64,000 nt of DNA, taken from IMG/VR virus record IMGVR_UViG_3300002161_000006, positions 1 through 64,000 of that record. The stretch is one strand, 5' to 3'. Of the stretch, positions 56,401 through 64,000 are shown piece after piece. Origin of the DNA: an uncultured virus (IMG/VR IMGVR_UViG_3300002161_000006). Its lineage: Duplodnaviria; Heunggongvirae; Uroviricota; Caudoviricetes. The position numbers and the translations under genes were made by a program. The notes below the pieces were generated by a model. The model saw only the letters and a program-made list of their open reading frames with translations. It was not told where the DNA came from and searched no databases. Within the stretch, counting starts at the first letter, position 1. Each line of letters starts with the position of its first letter.

Positions 56401-56827
56401 CTTCTACTGGAACCGTAGTACTACCTGTCTAGGTATCGGAGGTTCATCTACTGCTTCTGGTTATAAGGCGTACATCAATGGAGCCCTGTATGCAACTGGG
56501 GATATTACTGCTTTCTCTGATCAAAGAATTAAGACAGATATTTCTGTAATTCCAAATGCCCTTGAAAAAGTCGAAGCTCTGCGTGGTGTTACCTATACAA
56601 GAACTGACAATGGTGATCTAGAAAGTGGAAAGCGATCCACTGGTGTTATTGCTCAGGAGGTGGAAAAGGTGCTTCCAGAAGCCGTCGTTCGGGATAAGGA
56701 AGACCCAGAAAATGGAATAATGGGTGTAAATTATGGAAATATGGTAGGTCTTCTCATTGAAGCCGTAAAGGAACTAAGCGCTAAGGTAAAGCACCTGGAG
56801 CAAAAATTAGAGAAATATGAGGGCTAA
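50462..56827 (+). CDS. long modular tail fibre with C-terminal S74-type chaperone domain
   Basis: fibre repeats, several knob-like W..W domains, SD.RIK...G.IAQE...YGN.VGLL.EA.KE. Confidence 0.9.
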   Translation: MAVNRKFVVKHGLDANAISIDNLGALGSTFGLAGGHTLTLSTTNTTSVTLPTSGTLATTADLGGYQPLDADLTSIAGLAGTSGFLKKTAANSWSLDTNTYLTGNQTITFSGDATGSGTTAVALTLANSGVTASTYKSVTVDVKGRVTAGTNPTTLAGYGISDAQPLDADLTAIAGLAGTSGFLKKTAADAWVLDTNTYLTANQSITISGDVSGTGTTAITTTLANSGVSAASYGSASQVATFTVDAKGRLTTAASTSIAITTSQVTSGTFADARIAASNVTQHQASLSIAETQITDGTLLARLGSNETVTGTWSFSNPVSGATPTTDSHLATKQYVDNLSTGLDMKQSVRAATTGPITLSGTQTIDGVAVVAGDRVLVKDQGTASQNGIYVVAAGAWSRSTDTDGNPAAEVTSGLYTFVTEGTVNADTGWVLATNDPITLNTTGLTFVQFTGLGQITAGDGLTKTGSTLNVVTASAARIVVNPDSIDLATAGTAGTYRSVTTDAYGRVTAGTNPTTLSGYAISDAQPLDADLTALAALSGTGFAVRTAANTWAQRDIAVSGNGLSITNGTGISGNPTVTSNATNANTASTIVFRDASGNFSAGTITASLSGNATTATTATVANSISVPDTRNVTTTPETINQSVVFDFKANTSNALSDGGTYHGLMTFRQWGSTTDWSGGRSHQLGFTDNDNVWHRSGTSTTWGTWYKLWHSGNDGSGSGLDADLLDGLELHTGRNNEVNKVVRTDASGYLQTGWINTTSGDNGTTAIDRVYASSDGYIRYYTPTNFRTVLDVPTRTGGSASGTWSISVTGNAGTATTLQTARTINGISFNGSADVVVPSDWLHSGRDFPLGTLVQTTIDYSVTNGDPWVLEIRGNAYGSIVPFEIQYQGYIYSDTIINHGGYSVGTTLTGLVVFNYGGKLCFWWPNQSYWHGYNVRVYTTYSGYKPNTVTTITNEAKPVSITKEVALSSGIRQVLRSDNYNSYAPTLTGTGASGTWGISISGNAATATTLQTARTINGTSFNGSANITITANTPNSLTFNNGGAGGASGSTFNGGSALTVSYNTVGAPSTTGTNASGTWGINITGNAATASASSTSNTMRVADGTGWLGAGSSISTSGGRAVDLAPNTFSNGIFFEFKNSGSFSGLGNYAGLITIAPWLGTTASTGDPNYQLIFSPAAVNSTSAPTVRVRAGIDTAWGSWSTLLHSSNYNSYAPTLTGGGASGTWGINITGDAGTVDGFSAQIAQAAGTIPVRDGSGYTYFNYINSNTGNAENPTVSQVIVTNGSDGFYRKASIAHLTSSLSGTASSLTAGAVTGITNGTYTGDLNALTTSGFYRINNGQANSPSDYAQVLVIHGSSDTITQIAGAYSTGTLLTRSGNPSNVGGGGAWSAWRTVLADHNYNTYAPTLTGTGASGTWSINVTGNAGTATTLQTARTINGVSFNGSANITITANTPSSLTFNNGGSGGASGSTFNGGSALTVSYNTVGAPSTTGTNASGTWGINITGDAGTVDGFSASQSITANHIVVRDVNGYIFGNYINMTDEGTSGTAGTITGIIAKRGDNYYRNTNAASVAAFISGQNFNTTGNAATATNATNATNATNATNATVGLATSRSGNWNTDFSATTSNTQNWGETSSGGPSGSWYFQENMRHSNSSNVWGRQNAWGWEDNANELYSRNVSGGTWSSWVRFLNSANYNSYAPTLTGTGASGTWGISITGRAYPRRSDGGDLNFFWSGQSGQPTWLWGGTDGTNMYVYNPSNFSVNYATSAGSVGSSITFNNGGGGGGSGSTYNGGSALTVSYNTVGAPSTTGTNASGTWGINITGNAATSSNTSSISSAVGGGYTWTGLQQFRSSAAVGTAGRSGAFEAFTPGNASDAATMSFHRAGYYAINMGLDSDNVFRLGGWSDGGSTYRLAVSSTTLSAHRYGGLSVSGSSYGSIRVDGTTNSYAGTYYADASGSVGGMFDTSGNGGDYDSTTGWHFYWNRSTTCLGIGGSSTASGYKAYINGALYATGDITAFSDQRIKTDISVIPNALEKVEALRGVTYTRTDNGDLESGKRSTGVIAQEVEKVLPEAVVRDKEDPENGIMGVNYGNMVGLLIEAVKELSAKVKHLEQKLEKYEG
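55232..55276 (+). repeat. coding 9-bp tandem repeat (ATN x5)
   Basis: gcaacgaat units. Confidence 0.9.
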
Positions 56828-56876
56828 ACAATAGGGCGCTTGAATAAATACATATGTCACTCTTTAGAGACCTACT

Positions 56877-59800
56877 ATGCTAATTGATCGTCCACAGATA
56901 ACTGAAACGTCATTCATTGAGAATGCTGTTGTTGCAAGCGGTGCAACAAATCCAGCAAACCCAGATATAGGTGAATTATTTTATAACACTACAGATCAGA
57001 AACTAATGGTCTATAGCGGTACTAGTTGGGTTGAAGCAGGCTCAACTGGAATTGCAGCACACGAGGCAAACGCGGCACTTCACCTGACATCTTCTCAAAA
57101 TACGCTGCTAGATAATTTAACAGCATCTGCTGCTGAGTTAAATTATATGGTTGGGGTAACCAGCAGCGTTCAAACTCAAATTGATACAACAAACATAAAT
57201 TTAGCCAATGAAGTAACGCGCGCAACTACTGCTGAAAATAGTCTTCAACTTCAGATTACAAATAATGGAAGCAGTTTTACAACACATATTGGAGATGCAT
57301 CTCTTCACCTGACATCTTCTCAAAATACGCTGCTAGATAATTTAACAGCATCTGCTACTGAGTTAAATTATATGGTTGGTGTAACCAGCAGCGTTCAAAC
57401 TCAGATCAATTCAGCAAATACAAATCTAACAAACCACGCTGGCGATGCTTCTCTTCACCTAACATCTGGGCAAAACACCCTCTTAGATGGAATTACCGTA
57501 AGTTCTGGAGAAGTAAATCAACTTGCAGGAATTTCACAGACAACAACCATTCAAAATCAACTAAATGCTCGCCTGAAGTTGGATGGTACTACCACAATGA
57601 CAGGCAACCTTGCAATGGGGTCAAACCGGATTACCGGGCTTGGTGCTCCAGTGGATGCTACTGATGCGGTCAATAAGGACTATGTCGATAACACCGTACA
57701 AGGTCTATCTTGGAAACAAGCAGTTGTTGTTGCAACTGTTGCCGATATAACACTAAGTGGGCTACAGACAATTGAAGGAGTTACTCTTGCAACAAATGAC
57801 CGTGTTCTAGTAAAGGGTCAAACTAATCTATCAGAAAACGGAATTTGGCTTGCATCATCTGGGGCATGGACAAGGGCAAGTGATGCAAATACTTCTGCTG
57901 AACTTGATGGTGCTGCAGTATTTGTGCAAAGAGGCGCTACTGTTGCAGATAGCGCTTGGGTGCAGGTAAATGAGATTGCAACTCTTGGAATTAGTTCAAT
58001 TGTGTGGTCAAGGTTTGCTGCTTCAGGTGGTCTAAATGCAGGAAACGGTATTGATGTTACTGGTGCAGTCATATCAGTAAAAAATGGAAATGGACTAGCA
58101 TTCTCTGGGTCAAGCCTTGTTGTCAATACAACTTCTGACTTGACATTTAGCGGTACGCAATTAGCACTTCCAAATACTGGTGTTACTGCTGGAACATACG
58201 GTTCATCAACAAGTATACCATCATTTACTGTAGATGCAAAAGGACGAATTACAAGTGCATCTACAACATCTGCAGTTGGTACATTCCAAGCCGCAGATGC
58301 TGACCTAGATGCGCTGGCTGCACTTTCAACAACTGGCATCATTGTTAAAACGGGGGCTGGTACAGCAGCAACACGCACTCTTGAGGTTGATACAAACACT
58401 GGTCTGTCTATACTTTATGCAGATGGAACTGCAGGAAATCCAAAGATTGCAACAAATGCCACGTCAAGTAACGTGTCAAGTACTATTGTTGCAAGAGATG
58501 CAGCAGGCAATTTTTCTGCAGGAACAATTACTGCAAGTTTATCTGGAACTGCAACTAATGCAACATATGCAACATCGGCTGGAAGTGCAGCAACTGCAAC
58601 GGATGCAACTAATGCATCATACGCAACAACGGCTGGAACTGCAACTAATGCAACATATGCAACATCGGCTGGAAGTGCAGCAACTGCAACGGATGCAACT
58701 AATGCAGCAAATGTTCCATGGACTGGAGTATCAGGTAAGCCAACAACGATTGCTGGATATGGCTTAACAGACGCGGCGTCAATTTCACTGATGAATTCAT
58801 CAGATTATCTTAACTTACCACCACTTGCCGGTGTATTGCGCGATAATAATGTACCACTGTACTCAGATTTTAAATTCTCACAGGGCAGTTGGAATACATC
58901 AACTTTCACGTGGGTAGATAGCGAAGGTAAACAAGTTAAGTACTACAGTACTACATCGCCGCTCAGTTACAGCAACATGTTCCGTGCATATAGGTATTCT
59001 GATTCTGATTCTTGGATATTTGACAATGAACCTGTGACAGTTGGATTTGCACTAGGCACGGAAAAAGTAGGTCGCATTCTGAACATGGGCACAAACTATG
59101 CTGTTGTTCAGTTGTTTACTGTTGCACTACCAGAAGCATTAACTCGAACTGTGATTGTAACAACCGGCGGCTCATCTGATTCTGCGGACTGGACAATACT
59201 TGCTGATGTATCATCTATTAACTCATCTCGCAACAGAGCCAATTATCTAGTAGTACCAACTGCATCTGGCACACGCATCCTAGTTGTTTATACTGTATCT
59301 GAAGATGTTTATCTTACAGTGTATGATACGTCATTGAATGTTCTTAGAACACAGTTGCTTTACGAAGCACTTGTGATGATGAATACAACAGATACACTAG
59401 GCCAAGGTCGAGTTGCTCCAGCAGCAAATGCTGTTAGTCTGTTTAATTATTCTGGTGCAGGGTGTACATATCCAAGTACATGGGATCCGTTCAATCAAAA
59501 ATTCCATATGCACTGCTCATCATATTACGTATGGACTAGTGCAACAGGTACAGCGAATGGTCAGGGCTTTGGGGTATCTATATCATGGTCAATTCCAAAA
59601 ACTTGGATTGAATCTGGAGTTGGAACACCAACAAATTTAATACCAATTAAATCAGGATCATACAGATATAATCTTTTACCAGATAGCACGTGGGGCACGC
59701 AGACCGGCGGTATGTCAAATTCTTGGACTGGCGGTCAAAACGTTTCACTTATAACCGATGAATATTCTGGTCAGATAATTGCTACATCAAAGGGGTCATT

Positions 59801-62606
59801 TGACTCATCAAGCACTGGGTCAACGTACAGATTAGTTTCAAATTTTGCATACCAAACATTTGATACAAGTCTGCTATCTCCTCAGATTGTTTCATCACAT
59901 TCGCTTCAGATACCAGACGGTTCTGCCTGGTCAAAGTTGCTGTATTCATACTGGGGTCAAGTTATTGGCAACCAGATTCTAATGCTTTCACAATCAACGC
60001 GCTATGGTTCACGATTTGTTTTAGCGCAGTTTAGCACTACAGAATTCAAGTCTGCAGCAATAACCAATGATACGCTCAAGCTTGATAGCCCATCTGCTGT
60101 TCTTGACCCACAAAATGCTGTTGGTGTTCCAGCATCTGTTGCAGCAAACTGGGCTCCTGGAAACTTTGGCGTAACTGTTGCCAGCGGAGTTCCAACCTAT
60201 TATCACTGCGCGCCTGGCCAGACAGTTTATACGATTACTGCATCAGGAGTTTCGCGTCTTTATACGTCTGCTGGTATTTCAATGCCAGCAATTCCTTCTA
60301 CTATTTCAGGAATTTCAGGAATTGTTAATCAAAACGTAATTTCCTGGAACTTAAGCGTTGGTGCTCCTATATTTTGGGCAGTAGTTCGTTCTTCTACTGG
60401 TCAAGCATACGTTGCAAAGTGCACTTCAGGCTCTTGGACAATTCCTGGCGCAAATATAGCACAGGCTGAAATAGATGCTGGTAAAAGTAATCGAGGCGAT
60501 ACGTCAAACTCGATATATTTTGATACCGGTGGGTCTGCACTGTTAACACAAAACGGGCGTTTTATGTTTGGTGGTGCCGTACCTTTTACCGGTGGCACTT
60601 ATTGGATCTATACTAGCTACAACGTAAATACGAATGTCAGCACTTCAGGTGTTCCAAGCAGCGCGTTCGCTAATATAGCAACAGCACCAGCAACGTATAA
60701 GTCTGCTGGTGGTTATCCAGGCGGAACATTTGGATATAGCACTACTTTGGGATATTATTGGTATCTTGCAACTGGTGTTTATGATGCTGCATATTTCTGC
60801 TCTTCTCGTGATATTCGTACTGGGGCGTCAGTTACTGAAGATGAATGGGCAACAGCATCATCTACGCGTTTCCAGACATATATTACAACTGAGTCAGCGA
60901 CTGGACTGGTAGCGTATATTTCTTCATATCCTCTTTTCATTGGTGGATATTATTGTGTTACACCCACGCAATCTATTGCACTTACTGCTTCAGCAGTAAA
61001 TTACGTGTATGCAACAAAGGATAGCGCAGATAGATCAACCGTTCTTATATCTGCTTCAACAACGCTATTACCATCATCATTCTCTCGTGTGCTATTGGCA
61101 ACAATTACGACTAATGCAACAAACATTACATCACAGATCACATATCCAATAATTCAAAAGGATGCTGTCGAAGATTTATCCAACGTATCTATATCTGGAA
61201 AAGCAATTGGTGATGCACTAACTTGGAACGGTACTACTTGGACTAATTCTGTAGTTAGTTCTTTAGTATCTGGAACACCCAATAATACTCCCAATACCAT
61301 AGTTTCAAGAGATGGGACAGGCAACTTTAGCGCAGGGACTATCACTGCAAATCTAACTGGCACAGCTTCAAATGCAACTGGCTTAAGTGGAATCACTTCT
61401 GCACTGGGGCAACCAGTGCAGCCTGCAACAATAAGTTCTATTTTGGGTCAAGACACTAACGGTTCGCTATATCGATATAACCTCACTGCCCTGGGTGCAT
61501 TTGGAATTCTAACAACTTCCAACTACAACTCATATGCACCTACTCTAACTGGCACTGGTGCTTCAGGCACCTGGTCAATCAACGTAACAGGTAATGCAGA
61601 CACAGCAACAACGTTGCAAACAGCAAGAACCATAAATGGTACATCATTCAATGGTTCCGCCAATATTACAATTACTGCTAATACGCCAAATTCAGTCACA
61701 TTTAACAATGGTGGCGCTGGCGATACATCTGGATCTACTTTCAATGGCAGTGTTGCTAGAACTATTTCATACAATACATTAGGCGCCCCATCAACAACTG
61801 GCACTAACGCATCTGGTACCTGGGGCATCAGCATTCTGGGAAGCGCTGCTACGCTAACTACGTCAAGATTTATTAATGGTACATTATTTAACGGGGGTGC
61901 AAGCATCAATTTCTTTGATGCTTTTGATTCAGGGGTGGCATCACCTAGTCCAACATCACTTACCGCAAATACTATCAGGGGGTTTGATGCTTACAGCAGC
62001 ACAGATTTCCCAGGAGCCTACTATACGGGTCTTACAATTAATGGTGCAGCAGGAGTACGTTCTGCGCAACTTGCCTTCAACTGGAATTCAGAAGAGGCTG
62101 CACCAACACTAGTATATTTTAGAACAAATGATGATACCAGCGACGCACCTACCTGGAGTGCGTGGAGAAGAATTCTTGTAGATGGTACTACAGCAACATT
62201 TGCAAATGGTTCTTTAGCCGCACCGTCAATTGCATTTGCCGATGAAACAACTCTTGGCTTCTATCGCACAACTGGAACAATCAACGCAACTGGCAACTTC
62301 ATTGCAACTGGAAACGTTGGCGCTTTCTCTGATGAACGTATTAAGAAGAACATTCAACCAATTGAGAGCGCACTTTCAAAGGTTCAGCAGATCAATGGTG
62401 TAAGTTTCGAGCGTGTTGATGATACATCAGGAAAGAGATATGTTGGTGTAATTGCTCAGCAGGTCGAAAGAGTTCTTCCTGAGGTAGTTGAACAAAACAA
62501 TGATGGAATGAAGTCAGTTGCCTACGGAAATATGGTTGGTCTTCTTGTTGAAGCAATTAAGGAACTCAAGGCTGAAATTGAGGAACTGAAGAAGAATAGG
62601 GGTTAA
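56877..62606 (+). CDS. long tail fibre with large central globular domain and C-terminal S74-type chaperone
   Basis: fibre repeats, ~800-aa aromatic-rich insert, SDERIKKNI...G.IAQ...YGN.VGLL.EAIKE. Confidence 0.9.
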   Translation: MLIDRPQITETSFIENAVVASGATNPANPDIGELFYNTTDQKLMVYSGTSWVEAGSTGIAAHEANAALHLTSSQNTLLDNLTASAAELNYMVGVTSSVQTQIDTTNINLANEVTRATTAENSLQLQITNNGSSFTTHIGDASLHLTSSQNTLLDNLTASATELNYMVGVTSSVQTQINSANTNLTNHAGDASLHLTSGQNTLLDGITVSSGEVNQLAGISQTTTIQNQLNARLKLDGTTTMTGNLAMGSNRITGLGAPVDATDAVNKDYVDNTVQGLSWKQAVVVATVADITLSGLQTIEGVTLATNDRVLVKGQTNLSENGIWLASSGAWTRASDANTSAELDGAAVFVQRGATVADSAWVQVNEIATLGISSIVWSRFAASGGLNAGNGIDVTGAVISVKNGNGLAFSGSSLVVNTTSDLTFSGTQLALPNTGVTAGTYGSSTSIPSFTVDAKGRITSASTTSAVGTFQAADADLDALAALSTTGIIVKTGAGTAATRTLEVDTNTGLSILYADGTAGNPKIATNATSSNVSSTIVARDAAGNFSAGTITASLSGTATNATYATSAGSAATATDATNASYATTAGTATNATYATSAGSAATATDATNAANVPWTGVSGKPTTIAGYGLTDAASISLMNSSDYLNLPPLAGVLRDNNVPLYSDFKFSQGSWNTSTFTWVDSEGKQVKYYSTTSPLSYSNMFRAYRYSDSDSWIFDNEPVTVGFALGTEKVGRILNMGTNYAVVQLFTVALPEALTRTVIVTTGGSSDSADWTILADVSSINSSRNRANYLVVPTASGTRILVVYTVSEDVYLTVYDTSLNVLRTQLLYEALVMMNTTDTLGQGRVAPAANAVSLFNYSGAGCTYPSTWDPFNQKFHMHCSSYYVWTSATGTANGQGFGVSISWSIPKTWIESGVGTPTNLIPIKSGSYRYNLLPDSTWGTQTGGMSNSWTGGQNVSLITDEYSGQIIATSKGSFDSSSTGSTYRLVSNFAYQTFDTSLLSPQIVSSHSLQIPDGSAWSKLLYSYWGQVIGNQILMLSQSTRYGSRFVLAQFSTTEFKSAAITNDTLKLDSPSAVLDPQNAVGVPASVAANWAPGNFGVTVASGVPTYYHCAPGQTVYTITASGVSRLYTSAGISMPAIPSTISGISGIVNQNVISWNLSVGAPIFWAVVRSSTGQAYVAKCTSGSWTIPGANIAQAEIDAGKSNRGDTSNSIYFDTGGSALLTQNGRFMFGGAVPFTGGTYWIYTSYNVNTNVSTSGVPSSAFANIATAPATYKSAGGYPGGTFGYSTTLGYYWYLATGVYDAAYFCSSRDIRTGASVTEDEWATASSTRFQTYITTESATGLVAYISSYPLFIGGYYCVTPTQSIALTASAVNYVYATKDSADRSTVLISASTTLLPSSFSRVLLATITTNATNITSQITYPIIQKDAVEDLSNVSISGKAIGDALTWNGTTWTNSVVSSLVSGTPNNTPNTIVSRDGTGNFSAGTITANLTGTASNATGLSGITSALGQPVQPATISSILGQDTNGSLYRYNLTALGAFGILTTSNYNSYAPTLTGTGASGTWSINVTGNADTATTLQTARTINGTSFNGSANITITANTPNSVTFNNGGAGDTSGSTFNGSVARTISYNTLGAPSTTGTNASGTWGISILGSAATLTTSRFINGTLFNGGASINFFDAFDSGVASPSPTSLTANTIRGFDAYSSTDFPGAYYTGLTINGAAGVRSAQLAFNWNSEEAAPTLVYFRTNDDTSDAPTWSAWRRILVDGTTATFANGSLAAPSIAFADETTLGFYRTTGTINATGNFIATGNVGAFSDERIKKNIQPIESALSKVQQINGVSFERVDDTSGKRYVGVIAQQVERVLPEVVEQNNDGMKSVAYGNMVGLLVEAIKELKAEIEELKKNRG
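57078..57403 (+). repeat. near-identical ~100-bp direct repeats (57078 and 57303)
   Basis: LHLTSSQNTLLDNLTASA.ELNYMVGVTSSVQTQ duplicated. Confidence 0.9.
58543..58706 (+). repeat. 74-bp direct repeat with 90-bp period
   Basis: TATNATYATSAGSAATATDATNA x2. Confidence 0.9.
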
Positions 62607-62611
62607 GCACT

Positions 62612-63583
62612 ATGCCTGTTCCTTCAGGTCCGCTAAGTCTTGGTAATATTCAGACAGAGTACGGTGGCTCAAATCCGGCGTCGTTGTCTGAGTACTACAG
62701 AGGTGCTTCATCCAGTTCTACGGTACCAAATCAAACATCTGCTGGGACTTATGGTACAATTCCCACGTCTGGTGCAATTTCAATGGGTACTTTTAGGAGC
62801 AAGGGCAAGTTCGTATTTAATGCCACAATTTCCACAAACACAACTGACTATAATATTTCAAGTGCTGCAACCTCAGCGGGTTGGGATGGCAGTGAAACAC
62901 TTATTGCTTCAGTAACAATCAATGCTGGCGTATATGTTTATGCCACAACGACTTCTGCATATGCATTAGATACTGGAAGCAGTTTTCCAGGTGGTCACTA
63001 TATTGCAATTACAAACAATGGGTTAATAGTTGGAAGGGGCGGGGCTGGCGGAACAGGTGGTGGTTCCAATGCGTCATCTGCACTTGCCGCTGTTGCTGGA
63101 AGTGCTGGTGGTCCTGCGCTAAGAGCACAGGTTGCTGTCGAAGTTACCAACAATGGCACCATTGGTGGTGGAGGTGGTGGTGGTGGAGGTGGTGCATCTG
63201 TATGGTTGGCAGATGGTGACAAGTCAGGCACTACTACATACAGCGCCTCTGGTGGAGGGGGCGGGGGAGGGCGTGCAAATGGCACGGCAGGTGTCAGAGG
63301 AACAGCGGCGGGTACTGATATTATAGCAAATAATGGTGCTAATGGAACTGCTGGTGCTCTTACAACCGTTGGGGCTGGTGGTGCAGGCTCAACGGGCTTT
63401 GGATGGGCAGGAGGGAATGGTGGTGCTGGTGGTGCTCTAGGCACTGCAGGCTCTTCTGGTCTTGCATCGACTGGTGGAACAAGCGGTGGTGTGGGGGCTG
63501 GAGGTGGTGGAGGTGCTGCAGTTGTTGGAAATGCAAATATTACGTGGGTGGTAACTGGCACTAGGCTGGGCGCCCTTACATAA
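62612..63583 (+). CDS. glycine-rich tail fibre adhesin (T2/T6 gp38-like)
   Basis: follows a fibre with chaperone domain; I.NNG.I.GRGG.GG, GG.AL, N.G.I.GGGGGGG polyglycine motifs; C-terminal G.R.G. Confidence 0.8.
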   Translation: MPVPSGPLSLGNIQTEYGGSNPASLSEYYRGASSSSTVPNQTSAGTYGTIPTSGAISMGTFRSKGKFVFNATISTNTTDYNISSAATSAGWDGSETLIASVTINAGVYVYATTTSAYALDTGSSFPGGHYIAITNNGLIVGRGGAGGTGGGSNASSALAAVAGSAGGPALRAQVAVEVTNNGTIGGGGGGGGGGASVWLADGDKSGTTTYSASGGGGGGGRANGTAGVRGTAAGTDIIANNGANGTAGALTTVGAGGAGSTGFGWAGGNGGAGGALGTAGSSGLASTGGTSGGVGAGGGGGAAVVGNANITWVVTGTRLGALT

Positions 63584-63622
63584 TATTCAGATAAATATTA
63601 CACTTCCAGAATAAAGTCAAAA

Positions 63623-64000
63623 ATGACCTTACCAACCTCAGGACCTATAACATTATTAGATATTCAAACTGAGTTTGGTGGCTCTAATCCTATCTACCTC
63701 AATGAATACTACCGTGGTGGCACCTATGTTCCTGCAGGCACATCTGCAGGAACTGGTTCATTTCAAGACGCGCCTTTGACATACGCTGCTCCTGCACAAA
63801 TTGCAGCCAGCAGTACCATTCAAATGTCTATGTTCAGGGGAACAAGTGCAGTAGTGCCATTTGTATTGAACGTTGTTGTATCTACAAATACCACCAATTT
63901 CACAATGAGAAACCGAGCCATATCTGCTGGCTGGGACCAGACAAGCCCGCTCATTATGACGGTCACCATAAATGCTGGGGTTACGGTAGGTGCATCTGAC
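63623..64000 (+). CDS. partial paralog of the preceding adhesin (runs off window)
   Basis: MTLPTSGPITLLDIQTEFGGSNPIYLNEYYRGG...AGWD..PL...VTINAGV. Confidence 0.8.
   Translation, partial: MTLPTSGPITLLDIQTEFGGSNPIYLNEYYRGGTYVPAGTSAGTGSFQDAPLTYAAPAQIAASSTIQMSMFRGTSAVVPFVLNVVVSTNTTNFTMRNRAISAGWDQTSPLIMTVTINAGVTVGASD

Noticed and set aside
10997..63561. Numerous 60-200-aa alternative-frame and antisense ORFs inside structural genes
   Set aside because: Shadows of biased Thr/Ala/Gly codon usage; fully overlapped by well-supported CDSs
45016..64000. Diversity-generating retroelement or invertase shufflon acting on fibres
   Set aside because: No reverse transcriptase, recombinase, adenine-specific TR/VR pair or inverted cassettes seen in the window
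1..64000. Stop-codon reassignment or tRNA genes
   Set aside because: Genes tile densely under the standard code; no cloverleaf with a T-loop was recognised by eye (tRNAscan-SE would confirm)

Overview
64 kb of a large T4-related (jumbo-type) tailed phage genome, standard genetic code, with a few ambiguous N bases. 1-10.5 kb: minus-strand early region of small ORFs behind T4-early-like promoters, dominated by an expanded paralog family (MNERI...EKFAELIV.EC...HFGVEE, at least 10 copies). 10.5-30.5 kb: virion/late genes, PhoH, ClpP-like protease, Rnl1-type RNA ligase with an antisense HNH endonuclease, and a chimeric ClpP::ligase ORF that records a recombination event. 31-44.8 kb: nucleotide/DNA metabolism (ThyA, DnaJ, two-subunit topoisomerase II, two P-loop nucleotide kinases, AAA ATPase, DinG-like helicase). 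This block also holds a probable DNA hypermodification pathway: a dCMP-specific thymidylate-synthase paralog, a dNMP kinase, a T4 beta-glucosyltransferase-like GT-B protein and a UDP-galactopyranose mutase. Together these suggest furanose (galactofuranosyl)-modified cytosine, which is the strongest candidate for a novel system here. 45-64 kb: plus-strand modular tail fibres (three with S74-type chaperone domains) and gp38-like glycine-rich adhesins, interrupted by an inverted nucleotidyltransferase locus. All assignments come from motif recognition by eye; no database searches were run.
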